A stretch of DNA of 63,281 nucleotides, filler included, from Octopus bimaculoides (lineage: Eukaryota), in the NCBI RefSeq assembly GCF_001194135.2. It is 4 parts of 4 records of this genome, joined end to end, with 100 filler letters (N's around TTAATTAATTAA, not from the genome) between each part and the next. Parts side by side here need not be neighbours in the genome. Positions count along the whole stretch, not along the records: positions 45,063 to 63,281 come from NC_068991.1; 3 more parts are not named here. One strand, written 5' to 3'. The notes under the pieces were generated by a model that worked only from the letters and a program-made list of their open reading frames with translations, was not told the origin of the DNA and ran no database searches. Shown here piece by piece: positions 48,603 to 62,690 of the stretch; position 1 is the first letter of the stretch; each line of letters starts with the position of its first letter. Position numbers and translations under genes: made by a program.

Positions 48603-50002
48603 CTCACGCATATTTATCTGTCTGTTGACAATGACATTTTTTTTTTTTCATACATGTAAACACACCAAGCAACTACAGTGTTTCCTTTGAAATATAAATA
48701 AAATCCATAAAATCTACCCACCTGTCCTACACCCTGGCTGTCCTCTAACATGCCATATGCCTACCTGTAGCATCACCCACGCGTCTTTCTATCAGATTAC
48801 GTGTTCAACTTTCTATCCAATCAATTTAGTTTCAATCTGTAGGCCGTCTCAGCAAACCCCCTCCTCTGCAGCAGTATTTTTAACTCTTTTCTTTTCCATA
48901 CCAAACTATTCATCACGTCCAGGACATATTCGTGTTTGTCAAAGTATGATTGTCAGTGAAATCATAATTACTGCTTTTAGTATATAGTTAGATAATTTTC
49001 TATCAGCCACTTTTTTTGTCTTTGTGCTTAATTAACGAGAGTGAGAAAGTAAAATTTTTCTGTTTTGTATGTGTAATGTATGTTTATTAGTTTACTAAGT
49101 CTGACTGCCAAGTCCTGGTTACTGCAAATAAGTACAGTAATTTCCAGCTTGAAAACTTTCCCTAAGTGATTTTATTACTGACATTTGTTTTCTCTGTTTA
49201 TCAGACTCTTTTGTATTTTTTTCTTTTCTATTTTTTTCTCTCCCCATTTCAGCAACACACTTCATCTTATCTCTCTTCATTGCTTTCTTAATGCAGAAAT
49301 TTTCCCACTTTAACTACACTAAAATGCAGTTTACTTTGATTAAAGTAATACAAAGAGGGAAATTAATAGATTTTTTTTTTCTAAATTTAAAACGATATAA
49401 AGCAGAAAATTATAAAAACAAAAATAAAAAAAAATGATAAAGTTTTGATTTGTGTGCTGGCTGTGACTATAGTAATGGTATGGTGTAGTATTGGTTGTAG
49501 TATCAGTGGTGGTGTTAATAGTGGTTGTAATAGTGCAGTGGTGTTGTTAATAGTCGTGAAAGTGGAGCGGGTGGTTGTGTTGTGGTAGTAGTAATTGTAC
49601 AGTGGTTGGATGGTTATAGAGGTGTGATGATTTGTAGCAGTGGTGGGAATAGTGTTGTGGGGGGGGGGTTATAGTGATTGTAGCAGCAGTGGAAATTGTT
49701 GTAGTGGTGTTGGCTGTATTAATGGTATAGTTGTGCTGGGAAGGAATGGTTGTAGAAGTGGGGGGGGGGGTTATGGTGGTTGTGGTGCAGCTGTGATTGT
49801 TGAGGCATGATTGTTGTTGTTAGTGGTGGTGGTGGTAGTAGAAGTAGTATTTATATGTTGTAAAATGTTAGTAGTAATAGTTGTAGTAGTAATGGTGGTG
49901 GTGGTAGTAATGACAGTGGTAGTTGTAGTGTTAGAGGAACACTTGCTGTGAATATTTTTCCTTTTTTTTTTACTTTATCTCCACCCCCACCCCAGATTCT
50001 CA

Positions 50003-50037
<35 letters not shown>

Positions 50038-50161
50038 TCTTTACACTATTTTTGCCTTTGATCTCAGCTCTCTCTCTCTCTGTCTCTCTCTCTCTCTTCC
50101 TCCTTCTCTTCCTCCCCTCCTTTAATGACTTAGCTAAACATAGTGTCATTTATTCAACACC

Positions 50162-50314
50162 ATGGCTGATCAGGGAATACCTTCCTCTGCTGGAGCTGTG
50201 TCTCCTAGCCAGGAATACTCAGAGACAGCCTCAGAGGAAATGACTGCTGCAAATTATGACTCTGATAGTGATGTCAGTGACTGGGAAGCCCCAGTGGATA
50301 TTGATTTGGCCGCT
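50162..50314 (+). CDS. Probable start exon of inositol-trisphosphate 3-kinase (acidic N-terminal segment)
   Basis: Strong Kozak context accATGg, in-frame TAG at 50141-50143, donor GCT|gtaagc at phase 0 matching the 58505 exon. Encodes MADQGIPSSAGAVSPSQEYSETASEEMTAANYDSDSDVSDWEAPVDIDLAA. Linkage to IP3K is inferred from phase and position only. Confidence 0.6.
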
Positions 50315-51674
50315 GTAAGCAATTTCATCTTATATATATATATATACATATATACACTCTCTGTCTCTGTCTCTCTCCCCATTATGACTGCAGTTATCTG
50401 TGAGGTGAAAGGTGACTCTAGATTAGATTATGCATTTCCTCCATCAATCACTCCCATTTGATGTTATTGTTTGGTCCCAGGTCAGCCCTGATTGATAAAA
50501 CCTATATAGTCAGTCATTCCAGGCTTAGTCATTATACGTGTGCATGTAGGGGTGACTAGGATAACATAATGTTGTTGAATTTGTTCTTCCCGTTTTTTTT
50601 TTCCAAAGCAGTGGTTTGACAGAGGTTTGGCTGCTATGTCTAACATGCTGAGTGACCATGCCGAGGCTTCCCTCCCCACATTAGCTGGTCATAACTGTCA
50701 ATCTTTTGTGTAGGTGTATATTCCTTCACAGTGTTGTGTCACTTGTTGCCAGTATTACTTGACAGATAATTTTCTCTTCAATGGGAAATATCTATATAGG
50801 TCATTAATGTGCCTTTTATTTGTGTTGTTTTTATTTGTATGTGAGAGCAAGTTTCAAAAACATGTATATGTGAAAACTATATCAATACCCTGTGTTTGTG
50901 TATATACGTGCGTGCGTGCGTGTGTGCATACATACATTTTTGCAGAAGGTGTAGTTGAATGACTTGAATTGAATATTTTACTAGTATATCTTATTAATCG
51001 TGGAAGTATAAAACATAAGGTTTATTCTTAGAAGCAGGAAAGGTAAGAAGTGAATTAGACCCACTACACACTCTATACTCTTTTATGCTTATGAGTGCAT
51101 GCTAGAAAGATATACATGTGTACACACCTGAAAGCACAATGTTAATAACCAAGCTAAAATTATTGATTAAAATTTATCTGCTAAACAAAAGTTTAAACAT
51201 TACACTATAGTTTTATTTTCTGCTCTTTTAAACTTTGTTATTCATAAAACTAGCAGCAACAAAAAAAAAATTGATTCATATCTGTTCAGTGTGGTGGGGC
51301 AATATTCTACCTGTTTCTCCATGAATAATAAATACCTGCTAAATAAATTTGCTTTTTTTTTTTTATTATTATTATTAATGTTCTCTAACATTTGTGTCCT
51401 TGTTATAATGTATGAAGAGGTGTGAGTCTCGAAGGTTGTTATTCATGAAAGTGATTACATTTTGTTGGGTATGGTTGTTACAATTTACTTAACTTTGGAC
51501 TTTAACCACTAGCACCATTAACTTTGCAGCTACTGCTTGCTTTACTTACAACCAAAGTGCTGACGAGTCATGGAATAGGTTGCTATATGGTTGCTCAACC
51601 TGCTGAAAATAAGTCAGATTTTCCTCAAATCTAGCTCAACCACCTTAAAAAAAGGACACATTAAACATATTATA

Positions 51675-51679
51675 TATGC

Positions 51680-51734
<55 letters not shown>

Positions 51735-51817
51735 CATATAGGTATATATGTATGTATGCATATAGGTATATATGTATGTATGCATGTAGGTATATATATA
51801 TATATTTGTATGTATGT

Positions 51818-51887
<70 letters not shown>

Positions 51888-52430
51888 NNNNNNNNNNNNN
51901 NNNNNNNNNNNNNNNNNNNNNNNNNNNNNNNNNNNNNNNNNNNNNNNNNNNNNNNNNNNNNNNNNNNNNNNNNNNNNNNNNNNNNNNNNNNNNNNNNNNN
52001 NNNNNNNNNNNNNNNNNNNNNNNNNNNNNNNNNNNNNNNNNNNNNNNNNNNNNNNNNNNNNNNNNNNNNNNNNNNNNNNNNNNNNNNNNNNNNNNNNNNN
52101 NNNNNNNNNNNNNNNNNNNNNNNNNNNNNNNNNNNNNNNNNNNNNNNNNNNNNNNNNNNNNNNNNNNNNNNNNNNNNNNNNNNNNNNNNNNNNNNNNNNN
52201 NNNNNNNNNNNNNNNNNNNNNNNNNNNNNNNNNNNNNNNNNNNNNNNNNNNNNNNNNNNNNNNNNNNNNNNNNNNNATGTGTGTATGTATATATATGTGT
52301 GTGTGTGTGTATGTATATATATATGTGTGTGTGTGTATGTATATATATATATTATGTGTGTGTGTATGTATATATGTGTGTATGTATATATATCTGTGTG
52401 TGTGTGCATGTATATATATGTGTGTATGTA

Positions 52431-52471
<41 letters not shown>

Positions 52472-52527
52472 ATATATATGTATGTATGTGTGTATATATA
52501 TGTATGTATGTGTGTATATATATATAT

Positions 52528-52567
<40 letters not shown>

Positions 52568-52635
52568 ATATATATGTATGTGTGTATATATATGTATGTA
52601 TGTATATGTGTATATATATATATATGTATGTATAT
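51675..52635. repeat. (TA)n/(TG)n compound microsatellite around a gap
   Basis: Mixed dinucleotide arrays, typical of many others in the window. Confidence 0.97.
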
Positions 52636-53384
52636 AAAGATTGATGGTCATGACTGGAAGGTCTTGATCATAGGTTTGCTCAATGAGGACTCATGTTAAT
52701 TGACCACTATAACAACTATATTATTATGAGCAGGTGAATTTACCTAGGTATGCCATCTACTTGTTTAAGATAGAACTAGCGCACTTAAGGTAGTAAGGAA
52801 GAAAACTTTAATTAACCAAGATTCTCTTCTCCTTACACCAGAGTTTTCTCGTCTGCTACATAGCGTGTTAATCCTAACTTTATAATTATGGAAGGTTGCA
52901 ATTGCTGAACCCTGGCAGTTTTGGTTTTTTTAAACTTCCTTGATTTGTGATCGTTTGAACAAAGTAATCAAATGATAGTAGCTTGAACAACTGTCTGTAA
53001 TCCTGTTTAATTGTTATTATATTTTTTATGGCTCAGAAGAGCAGAGAAAGGTTACCACGCATGGCCTTTTAATAAAACCTCTGAGAAAGAGAGGAAGGTC
53101 TTGATATTCTCAAAACAAAGTCTTGGTTTGAATGTTTGACAGAGTGAACTATGTTAAAAGTACGAAAGAAACCAGATGACAAGTTGATTCTACTATCCAA
53201 TAACAAGTACAGTCCATTTCACAGGTTTCCACACAGTTTCTGTTGACCCAGTTTCAGTCACAAGTATTGGATCAACTCAAGGCTATAATCAAAGATATTT
53301 GTACAAAGAGCTGTGCTGTGTGGTCATAGAACCACTTGGTTGTGAAGTGAGGTTTTTAACTACATGACTATACATGTGCCCAGA

Positions 53385-53605
53385 TGATTCATAGTTCCCT
53401 GGCTTTGACTTTCACTAATGCCAGCGGCATGAAAAAAGCACCTGGCAAGTGCTGTAAAATGGTTGGTGCTAGGAAGGGCATCCAGCCATAGAAACCATGC
53501 CAAGTAGACACTAGAGCATGATGCAGTCCTTGAGCCCATTGGATCCTGTCAAACCATGCAGCCCATACCAGCATGGAACATGGATGTTTAATGATGATGA
53601 TGATA
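53385..53605 (+). mobile_element. Decayed RTE-related 3' tail element
   Basis: AAAAAGCACC...GGAAGGGCATCCAGCCATAGAAACC...(GAT)n. Similar decayed copies lie at about 45063-45230, 58020-58265 and 59290-59490. Confidence 0.6.
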
Positions 53606-56600
53606 TGTCAATTAGAATTCCAACATCCACTTGATCTAGCTTCATCCATGTCATTAGCTTATTTGAGTCATTTCCTTCTGCTCAATTTTGTTCAATATTA
53701 TGCAAATTACTACTGACCAAAAATCATTGCAACTTCTCAGCTTTGAGCTGTGCTGCACTGATAAGCTTCATTAAGATTAAAACATGTCTGTTGTTGTCAC
53801 CATCCCTGCTAACAAAAATCAGATTTTCCCCTTCAGTAGGAGAGTTTTTCTTAAACTAATTATTAATTTCTTAAAATAAATCTTTTTTTCATTGTAACCT
53901 GATAGTTATATTATTCTTTTCTCTGAGAGGGAAATTTCAATTCATTAAGAATTTTTTGCTTAGGTCATCCAGTACACTGACACCTGCTTATTTCATCTTA
54001 ATTCATACCATCCATTAGCTTATTTGAGTTATTCCTCTTGCTCAATTTTTTGTATTTTTTTAATGTAATTATGTGCGTGTGTGTGCTGTTTGATTTTTAT
54101 GCAAATGTAAAGTATTCTTGATGTTGTTTAATCCTGGACTGTATTAGCTCTGTTCCAACAGGCATATGATCAAAATATATTCCAGTTATGACTATCCTGT
54201 CTTTTTTCAATGACTACATTATGTAATGTGTTTTTTTAAGACAGTAAATGGCCTGATAAAGGGAACTTTTATGTATATATCTCTCCATCAAATTCCACCA
54301 TCTTCAAAAAAATAAAAGAATATACAAAATAAGCATCACAACACCATATACTTTATGTAGTAACAAATGATTTCCTACAATTAACTGGGTTTTTTTTTTC
54401 TTCTTTTTTCACAAATTATTATTACATCAGAAAGGAAATTTTCACAGTAAGATTTGAACTGGCACATTTTTGTATGATTAAAGCTCAGTATCTTATTTTT
54501 TACTAAAGAAAAAAATAAATATTTTAATGCAGGGAATACTTATTGAACTTGTTTCTTCATGATAGATTCTTATGTATATTAATTTTCCATTTGAAGTATC
54601 TTGCATAGTATGTGGTATGTATTGGAGCTTATTGAAGCTTTCACAGAAACTTGTTTGGTATCACAGATTTTGTTTTCAACTCAGAGTGTCATGAGCACAA
54701 AATACTTTCATCATTTATTAAATATTTTTGTATTTGTAAATAAATTTATAAAATGCATCTGTGAATAAGAACAATACCACCCTTAAGTTTAGAAATAAAG
54801 GTTCCAGTACATCCTGGGATAAGACATCTGATGACCAAACAAATTGGAACTTAGTACAGATACAAATATTAACTTTTTTTTATCTCTGCATAAGAGGTTA
54901 ATTAAAAGTCTGAAAAATTATAATTGTATTAAAAATAAGTCATCTCAGATATTTAGATATCACAACAATCATATTTAGCTTTATTTTAATTTTCATTTAA
55001 AATGTTCATATGACATTGAGCAATGCACTGTCCCTGGACCATTAACAAGTGTTTTTGTCAGAAACACAGTGCAACATCATTGATGAGATGCAAGCTGTTA
55101 ACACTGTGTACAGTAGACCAATAATCTAACAATTAATTTGACTGATGTACTTTTTTTACATTCTAATCTACAGACTAATAGGCTTTTTTTTCTCTCCTTA
55201 GATCTTGTTTCTAACATTTTAACAAGGAGGTCTTTCTCAGAATTAGAACTTTTTTGATTTGCTTTCTTTTTTTTCTTCCTCCAATCTATCAGTTATGCTT
55301 TATGTCAACTTTTTTATGATTCTTTATGTCAACCTCTTATTTTAGTCTTATATCTTAATTTTCTTTCATTTACTCTGTGTCTGTACATATGATTGTATAT
55401 ATTTTTTTCCTTGTTAAATTTTTATGCTGTAAATATTTATTTATCAAAGAGATTTTTTTCAAATTATTTTCAAAGACAGTTTTTGTCTAGGAAAAATGTG
55501 TGAATGTGAATCAAGGATGTGTCTGTGTTTTTCTAGAGTAATTAATACTAAAGTATTCTGTTAAAAGTTTTTGGTTATTTTATAACAAAAGTAATATGTC
55601 AGTTTCTATTAATATTTATTTCACTTCTTTCATATTTCTTGTGTATGTGTGTGTAAATTTATTTTGTAATGTTTATAATAGAATTCTAAATTCTATTTTA
55701 GACTAACAATTCTCATAGTAGTAATCAAAGAGCTTGTAGTTTATTTCTCTGCCTATATTGTAATCATGAGAATTAATCTTATCAAACCCGTATTATTGTG
55801 TTTTAGCCTTCTTTCGAGCAATGCAAGAGAATTATAAGATTTAACAAAAGGAGTTCCTCTCTTTCCTCTACCAGTCTCAAAGGCCATCCTCCTCTAATTA
55901 AGCCATTAAAAACAAAAATGGCATTACTAGAAGTAAAATACCTTTACTATATATATATACATTTTTTTTCTCATGGAATTCCCTTTTTGTTGTTAGTCAT
56001 TTTGCTCCAGTAATTCCCTTGGGAAAAGTATGAATGTAGTGACATATAAACAGAAAATAATTTTCATGTAATTATGAAAGGCCTAGAATAAAGTTACATC
56101 AATTAGAATAATAAGTCAATATGCATAAAGTGAAACTAATACTTTTCTCAATATGTAGAGAAAAGAGTTAGATACAAAACATGAACACTGGAAAAGAAAA
56201 AAATGGGTATAGGTAAAGTTTCAGTGAGGAGAAAATTGAAAGAGGGACTCCAATATATACTGAAGCAAATTTGAAAATAAAAGCCTTTCTCTGTTCAGCA
56301 CTCGACTTGACTATTAAGGTGAGAAGTATGTATGTTATGAACGATACTATAAAAGCTCTAGACTAAATGGGAGATACTATCTGCAAATTATATGGCTGGC
56401 CTCCTTGAACAATGAGAACAAAATAAAGTTAGAGGTTATGTAGTTAACATGAAAAAGCAATAGACCATGTTACAGCTGGCTTTCTAGTTTTGGCAAAAAT
56501 AGAATGTATTTACAGGCATGTTTAAGTGGATAAGTTGTATTCACTGGACAGTGTGCCAACACATTGAGATCAAAACTGAAAATGTCATAAATATGTGCCA

Positions 56601-58504
56601 AATTGCAGTTACAACAATGGAATGTGCATATACAAATTTCTGAAGGAATTAAGGTAAATCTCCAGATATTAATAATCAAAGACAAAGAACAACTCTCAGG
56701 ATTTTTTTTTAACCAAAATATCTATAAATAGATAAGAAAAAAAATTGAAATAAATTAGACGTGGGAATGAGAGTATAGTCTTAATAATAATTGGTGCTCT
56801 AGATTATATTGAAATAGAATGTGACCAAAACAGAATTACCATTCCAAGGCTCTTGGCATTAACCATAGTTTCCAAAATAGTGCTGTTAGGCACAATGCAC
56901 AAAAGCAATAGGAAAGTAACTCCATACATTGATTTCTGACATAGGCCCAAGGTCTTGAATTTGTGGGAGAGTATAATTGATTATATTGATCCCAAGTATT
57001 TGACTGGTACTTTATCTTATCGACCCTTTGTGGGTGAAAGCAAAGTAGACTCTGGTGGTGGGATTTAAACAACTCAGCAAAGAGAGCAGCTGGAAGTAAG
57101 AGTTTTGCAATGTTCTGTGACCTGAGAGTTGGCTCTCTCTTGATTGCAAAGCAGTGTGTACAGAATGAAAGTGGGATGCTTTCCCACACTGACACTGAGA
57201 AGCAAAAAAGCATGGCAATTCTTTTATGGGAGAGGGAGACAAAAAAAAAAGAAAAGAAAAACATAATGAAGACTGATCTCAAGAGGTTGAACTTTTATGA
57301 AAAGAGATGACAAAGGACTTCAACCTGTGCTACAGAGGACCCACCTTACCTCAGTAAGTGTGGAAAATTAGATAAAAATGATGGTAGATGGTGCTGGTGA
57401 TGGAGCTGGGAATATATAATATCTATATTTAATGTTTACCAACCATTATGGTCATGTTAAGTCTCCATATACTTCTCTCATCCTCTCTTCCTTTTGGAGA
57501 TCTCTTCTTATTTTCTCTATTCTCTCATCTATCACTTATCCCCTTTTTCTGTCGACGTGCATCTCTACAGCAACTATCTCTCAGCCATCATGTTGGCAAT
57601 GTAACAATGGCTGACATTACATTGGAATCTATATTCAATCTTTGCTTCTGTATTACGTGCCATCACTCTCCTTCCTATTACTTCCTCCCCATATTATTCA
57701 TTGTTGACATCCATCTCTCCCATTCTGTTACTATCACCCATATTTGTTGTTATCTGTCTCCCCATCTCTCATATTGACCCCTTCCTCTACCACATATTGT
57801 TGATATTCATCACTTTCTCTCCCCTTCATTTTCTCTCGCTTTCCATTGTCCATTAATCATCATGATGCTATCTATCGTCCTCTCTCTCTCACTCTCTGTT
57901 TCTATCTATCTATCTATCTATCTATCTACTATGTGATAAACCCTTGGTTCTAGTGTGCAAACAAACAGAAACAACACAGGTTAGAGAGGACCTCTTAGTT
58001 TTGCTAGGGAGAAGAAACTCTTTTTTAGTGCCAATGTCATGATAAAATGCACCCAGTACACTCTGTAAAATGGTAGCCCATAGGAAGAGCATCCAGCCAT
58101 ACACTCCATACCAAAAAATGAAAAGTATGAGCAAGATGTAATTCCCATTCATCTAGGAGGACAGTAACTCCGAATAAGAACTGACCCAATTTATGATTAC
58201 TAATCCAACCCATGACAGCATGGAAAAGCAGACATAAAATGATGATAATAATGATAACAATGATACAGCAGCAGTAGTACATGATAAGCTTGCACTCAAT
58301 TTCTGTCTATCAAATTTCATTCAAAAATCCACAGTCAACCCACAGCTATAGTTGAAGACACAAGATACCCTACTGTGGGATTGAACCAGGAACCATATGA
58401 TTGTGAAGAAAAATTATTAACCACACAGCTATGTCAGTGCCTATAACTTTAATTAATCAATTTGTTAGACTTGAACTTATGTTACTAATTCTATCTCTTT
58501 ACAG

Positions 58505-58604
58505 TATCATTGGAAGAAAATCAGAAGTGTAGTTACTTGGAGCCCTTTCTTGCAACAACTGAAGAAAAGGAAATATCCATGGGTCCAATTGGCAGGTCAT
58601 CAAG
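58505..58604 (+). CDS. ITPK: Inositol-trisphosphate 3-kinase exon (calmodulin-binding helix and start of catalytic domain)
   Basis: Acceptor ctttacag and donor AAG|gtaata; 100 nt. Translation [33 protein letters not shown](G) matches IP3K WRKIKNMVHWSPF...KYPWIQLAGH. Confidence 0.95.
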
Positions 58605-61009
58605 GTAATAATCTTCATTAATTTTGTCAAGTTGCATTCAAACAGGCTACATTTCTTTGATAGGTAACTTAGCTTAGGTCTATCATGAGACCTAAGACTT
58701 ACAAAATCAAAGGTTAACCTGGTTTCTGTAGCTTATAGGTAACTGAAATTACAACACTCTCTCTTGAATGGAACACTGGTCCACTGCAAAGTTAACTTCC
58801 TAGTTGCTAATACTGCAACCCATTTGCAGTTGAATAAACTGAGGCAATGTGAAATGAAAGGTTTTGCTCAAGAACACAATGGGTCAGGAATCGAAATCAC
58901 AATCTTATGATCACAAGTCCAACACACTAAACATTAAGGTCATGTGCTTTCACTTGATAGTAAAGCAGACACTGATATGCTTAATGTAATTAGTCAAGAA
59001 AAAAACATAATAATTAGCCTAATGATTATTTCTGATCAAGAAAGATGGGAGAAACAACTCTGGAATTAAAATTAATTAGAAATGGAATGCAGTGGATCTT
59101 GCTTCCACACTACCATCTTACCTTTTCCCCAGATACCCTTATTTAAATGTAGAATAGCCGTCTATCGTCTCTGTAGCAAGATACCTCTACCTTTGCTTGT
59201 CCCTGGCACAAAATCACTCTCCACCCTCTCAAATATTGCTATCACTTAGTCAGGAGGGCTTGTCTCCCTTTTTTCTTTTCCTTTTTTTTTTGTTCCCAGT
59301 CATGCAAGTTACTTGGAAACTCCACTAGTTCCGGTGACATAAAAAGTACCCAGGACACACTGTAAATTGGTTGGTGTTAGGAAAGACATCCAGCCATAGA
59401 AACCATGCCAAAGCTGATGTGGAACACGATCTAATCAAACCATCAAACCTATGCCAGTATGGGCATAATGGACATTAAATGATGGTGGTTGACTTTTATT
59501 TTTGGCTGTATACTGACAATGTCAAACACATTTCATTCTTATTAGGCCTCATCAAACTACACCAAGCCAATGAGGGAACTTCCACATAGTCAATTGACCT
59601 GCAATATAGTGATCAAATTCCATGAAATCACATTCTGTCCTTTTAACATGGGAAGAATCACATTTCACACTGTCTTCTGAAATATACAAATAGACAAGAT
59701 GGTCCATCCTGGAATGTCATTGAACATTTGTCTGCTTGATTGGAGCTGAACTAGAGTCAAACATCGACGACATCAATTACAACACTCAGCCAAACGACAT
59801 TTAACTATACTGTACTCAGTCATGCATCACTTTAACAGGATAATATATCACTTTCAGGATAAATATAACCAAATTACATGCAATTAAGACTAACTGGTAA
59901 TGAAACAGTAGTTTCTAGCTAAAACCCTCTGCAAGTAGGCCGCATTGTGAAGCTTTTATTGAAACACTTTCTTCTGTTTAAATAACAACTAAAAAATGGA
60001 AGCAAAAGGTTGATTTTGTTTGTCAAAACTCCAGTTTACTTCATTTAAAACATAATCTTGGTTGAACCTTTATTGAAAGATAAACTCTTCTCATGTTATT
60101 TGTCCTTAATTCATTTTCAATTTTTGATTCAGAGACTCCAATTGTGAATTGCATAAAAAGTTAAATACTTCAAGAACAAATTAGGAAAATCCTAATCCAA
60201 TTTTTCTACTAACATTGAGTTAACTTGTTAAGATATTTTCACATGCTGTGAAATAGTTTTAGCTGTAATTAAAGGTGGTTAGAGAACACAAATTTCACAT
60301 AACAATTGATATAGTTATCTTGTGTGTCTCCAAACCATATTTTCTTGTTGGCTTAGGATATTTTTCAGGAATTCTTTCACAGTGAAGTCAAAATTCTTTT
60401 ATGGATGCAAACATATAACATATTTACTAACCCTACACACAAGTGTAATAAATGTAGTCAATAGTTTGACTGATCAGTATCAGGGGTATCCATGGAGCAC
60501 GTAAGCAGCACCATTAATCTTAGAGGAAATGAGATTTGGGTGTTGATGCATTTGTTAAGTTAGTTGAAACTGAGATAGTATAGAGTAACTAAAGTAATGT
60601 CATCTGATCCTTTATTTAAAATATTTTAGCTTCTTGAATGGGATTATTAAGATGGTAGATCCCAGTTTTTTTAAGGAGTGGCAGACCGCAAAAACCTAAA
60701 TCCTTCTTATGTTCCTTTTAAAATAAATTAAGTAAAGTTTGTCTCTAGTCGAAGTTGGGTGAAAGGCAGTGACAGGAAAGAGAAATGTTAGAGAAAGATT
60801 TAATTCTTTTCAGAGAAAGTAACATAGTTGTTATTGGGTAGCTCAGGTCAGTATTGCTTGATGATGCTAATGACACGGAAACAACCATTGATAGAGATAT
60901 GCTTGTGTTTTTATCAAGACCACACAGTATGTTCCCTTATACAGTGGTTGTATGAAATGTATTGTAATCATGAAAATATATTATATGGAATATATTCTAG
61001 CATTCGAAG

Positions 61010-61912
61010 GATCATCATCATCATCATCATCGTTTAACGTCCGCTTTCCATGCTAGCATGGGTTGGACGATTTGACTGAGGACTGGTGAAACCGGATGGC
61101 AACACCAGGCTCCAGTCTGATTTGGCAGAGTTTCTACAGCTGGATGCCCTTCCTAACGCCAACCACTCAGAGAGTGTAGTGGGTGCTTTTACGTGTCACC
61201 CGCACGAAAACGGCCACGCTCGAAATGGTGTCTTTTATGTGCCNNNNNNNNNNNNNNNNNNNNNNNNNNNNNNNNNNNNNNNNNNNNNNNNNNNNNNNNN
61301 NNNNNNNNNNNNNNNNNNNNNNNNNNNNNNNNNNNNNNNNNNNNNNNNNNNNNNNNNNNNNNNNNNNNNNNNNNNNNNNNNNNNNNNNNNNNNNNNNNNN
61401 NNNNNNNNNNNNNNNNNNNNNNNNNNNNNNNNNNNNNNNNNNNNNNNNNNNNNNNNNNNNNNNNNNNNNNNNNNNNNNNNNNNNNNNNNNNNNNNNNNNN
61501 NNNNNNNNNNNNNNNNNNNNNNNNNNNNNNNNNNNNNNNNNNNNNNNNNNNNNNNNNNNCAATGTACGAAGGTCTTGCCTCACCACCTCAGCCCAGGTCT
61601 TCCTGGGCCTACCTCTTCCACGGGTTCCCTCAACTGTTAGGGTGTGGCACTTTTTCACGCAGCTATCCTCCTCCATTCTCACCACATGTCCATACCAGCG
61701 CAATCGTCTCTCTTGCACGCCACAACTGATGCTTCTAATGTTCAGCTTTTCTCTCAAGATACTTACACTCTGACGGGTATTCACATTGACATTACACATC
61801 CAACGGAGCATACTGGCTTCATTCCTTGCGAGCTTACGTATGTCCTCAGCAGTTACAGCCCATGTTTCACTGCCATGTAGCATGGTTGTTCGTACGCATG
61901 CGTCAAGCATGA
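61010..61912 (-). mobile_element. 5'-truncated RTE LINE, young copy interrupted by a gap
   Basis: ORF LDACVRTTMLHGSETWAVTAEDIRKLARNEASMLRWMC...GRGRPRKTWAEVV and a (GAT)n tail at about 61010-61031. Confidence 0.9.
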
Positions 61913-62380
61913 AATGTAGACTGGTTGGTAGGTCTTATTGTATTGCAATATAGCATTTGGAAGGTGTTGTATAGAATATATTGTAACAGTCAGGACATTG
62001 CGTGTGAGATATGATGTATTAGTAGTCAATACATATAATGTGCAAGTCATGACATTTGTGGAAATGCAGTATAACAGTCAGAACATGTGTTAAGTAGTGT
62101 GGCAATCAGGGTGTTCCATGGAATGCAGGGTGGCACTCAGAAAAATGTTGTTTCTGACTTGCTCTGTACTCTGTGGACATATGATCCACATTGAACTTAC
62201 TGAGAGTGAGTCACAACTCATCAGACCTGTAGGAGAAAAATTGTTAAAAATGGCTTCTATCAGAAATCAATAGAAATATTTCCAGACTGAGACAGATGCA
62301 ACAGTTTCTCATTTGTTATTTACTTGTAATTATCCTGACATTCACCCAGTAGTGAGGGAGAGACGAGTTCAGACAGCAGT

Positions 62381-62413
<33 letters not shown>

Positions 62414-62690
62414 TATTTGAAAGCTTGGAATTAGTTGTAAAATCAGGTTTTTGATGTCTCAAATGCTATTTGATCATAGTTTCCCCTCAAAAGAAAACTT
62501 TTTTTTTTTATTTCCCTTGACCAATCTTATGACAGCATACAATTCATTTTTGCTTTTTCTTTCTTTTATGTTTTATTTATTTATTTATTTTTTTGTATTA
62601 ATGATGGTAAAATTGTGAATGATTGTTTAATTGGTTGTAGTTTGTTAGCAGTACGTAAGTAAACCTACTGTCCTGCTTGGTTTTTCTCAG

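Noticed and set aside
57110-57360. Possible extra IP3K exon ending at CTCA|GTAAGT
   Set aside because: Stops in the candidate frames, no clear acceptor and no IP3K similarity.
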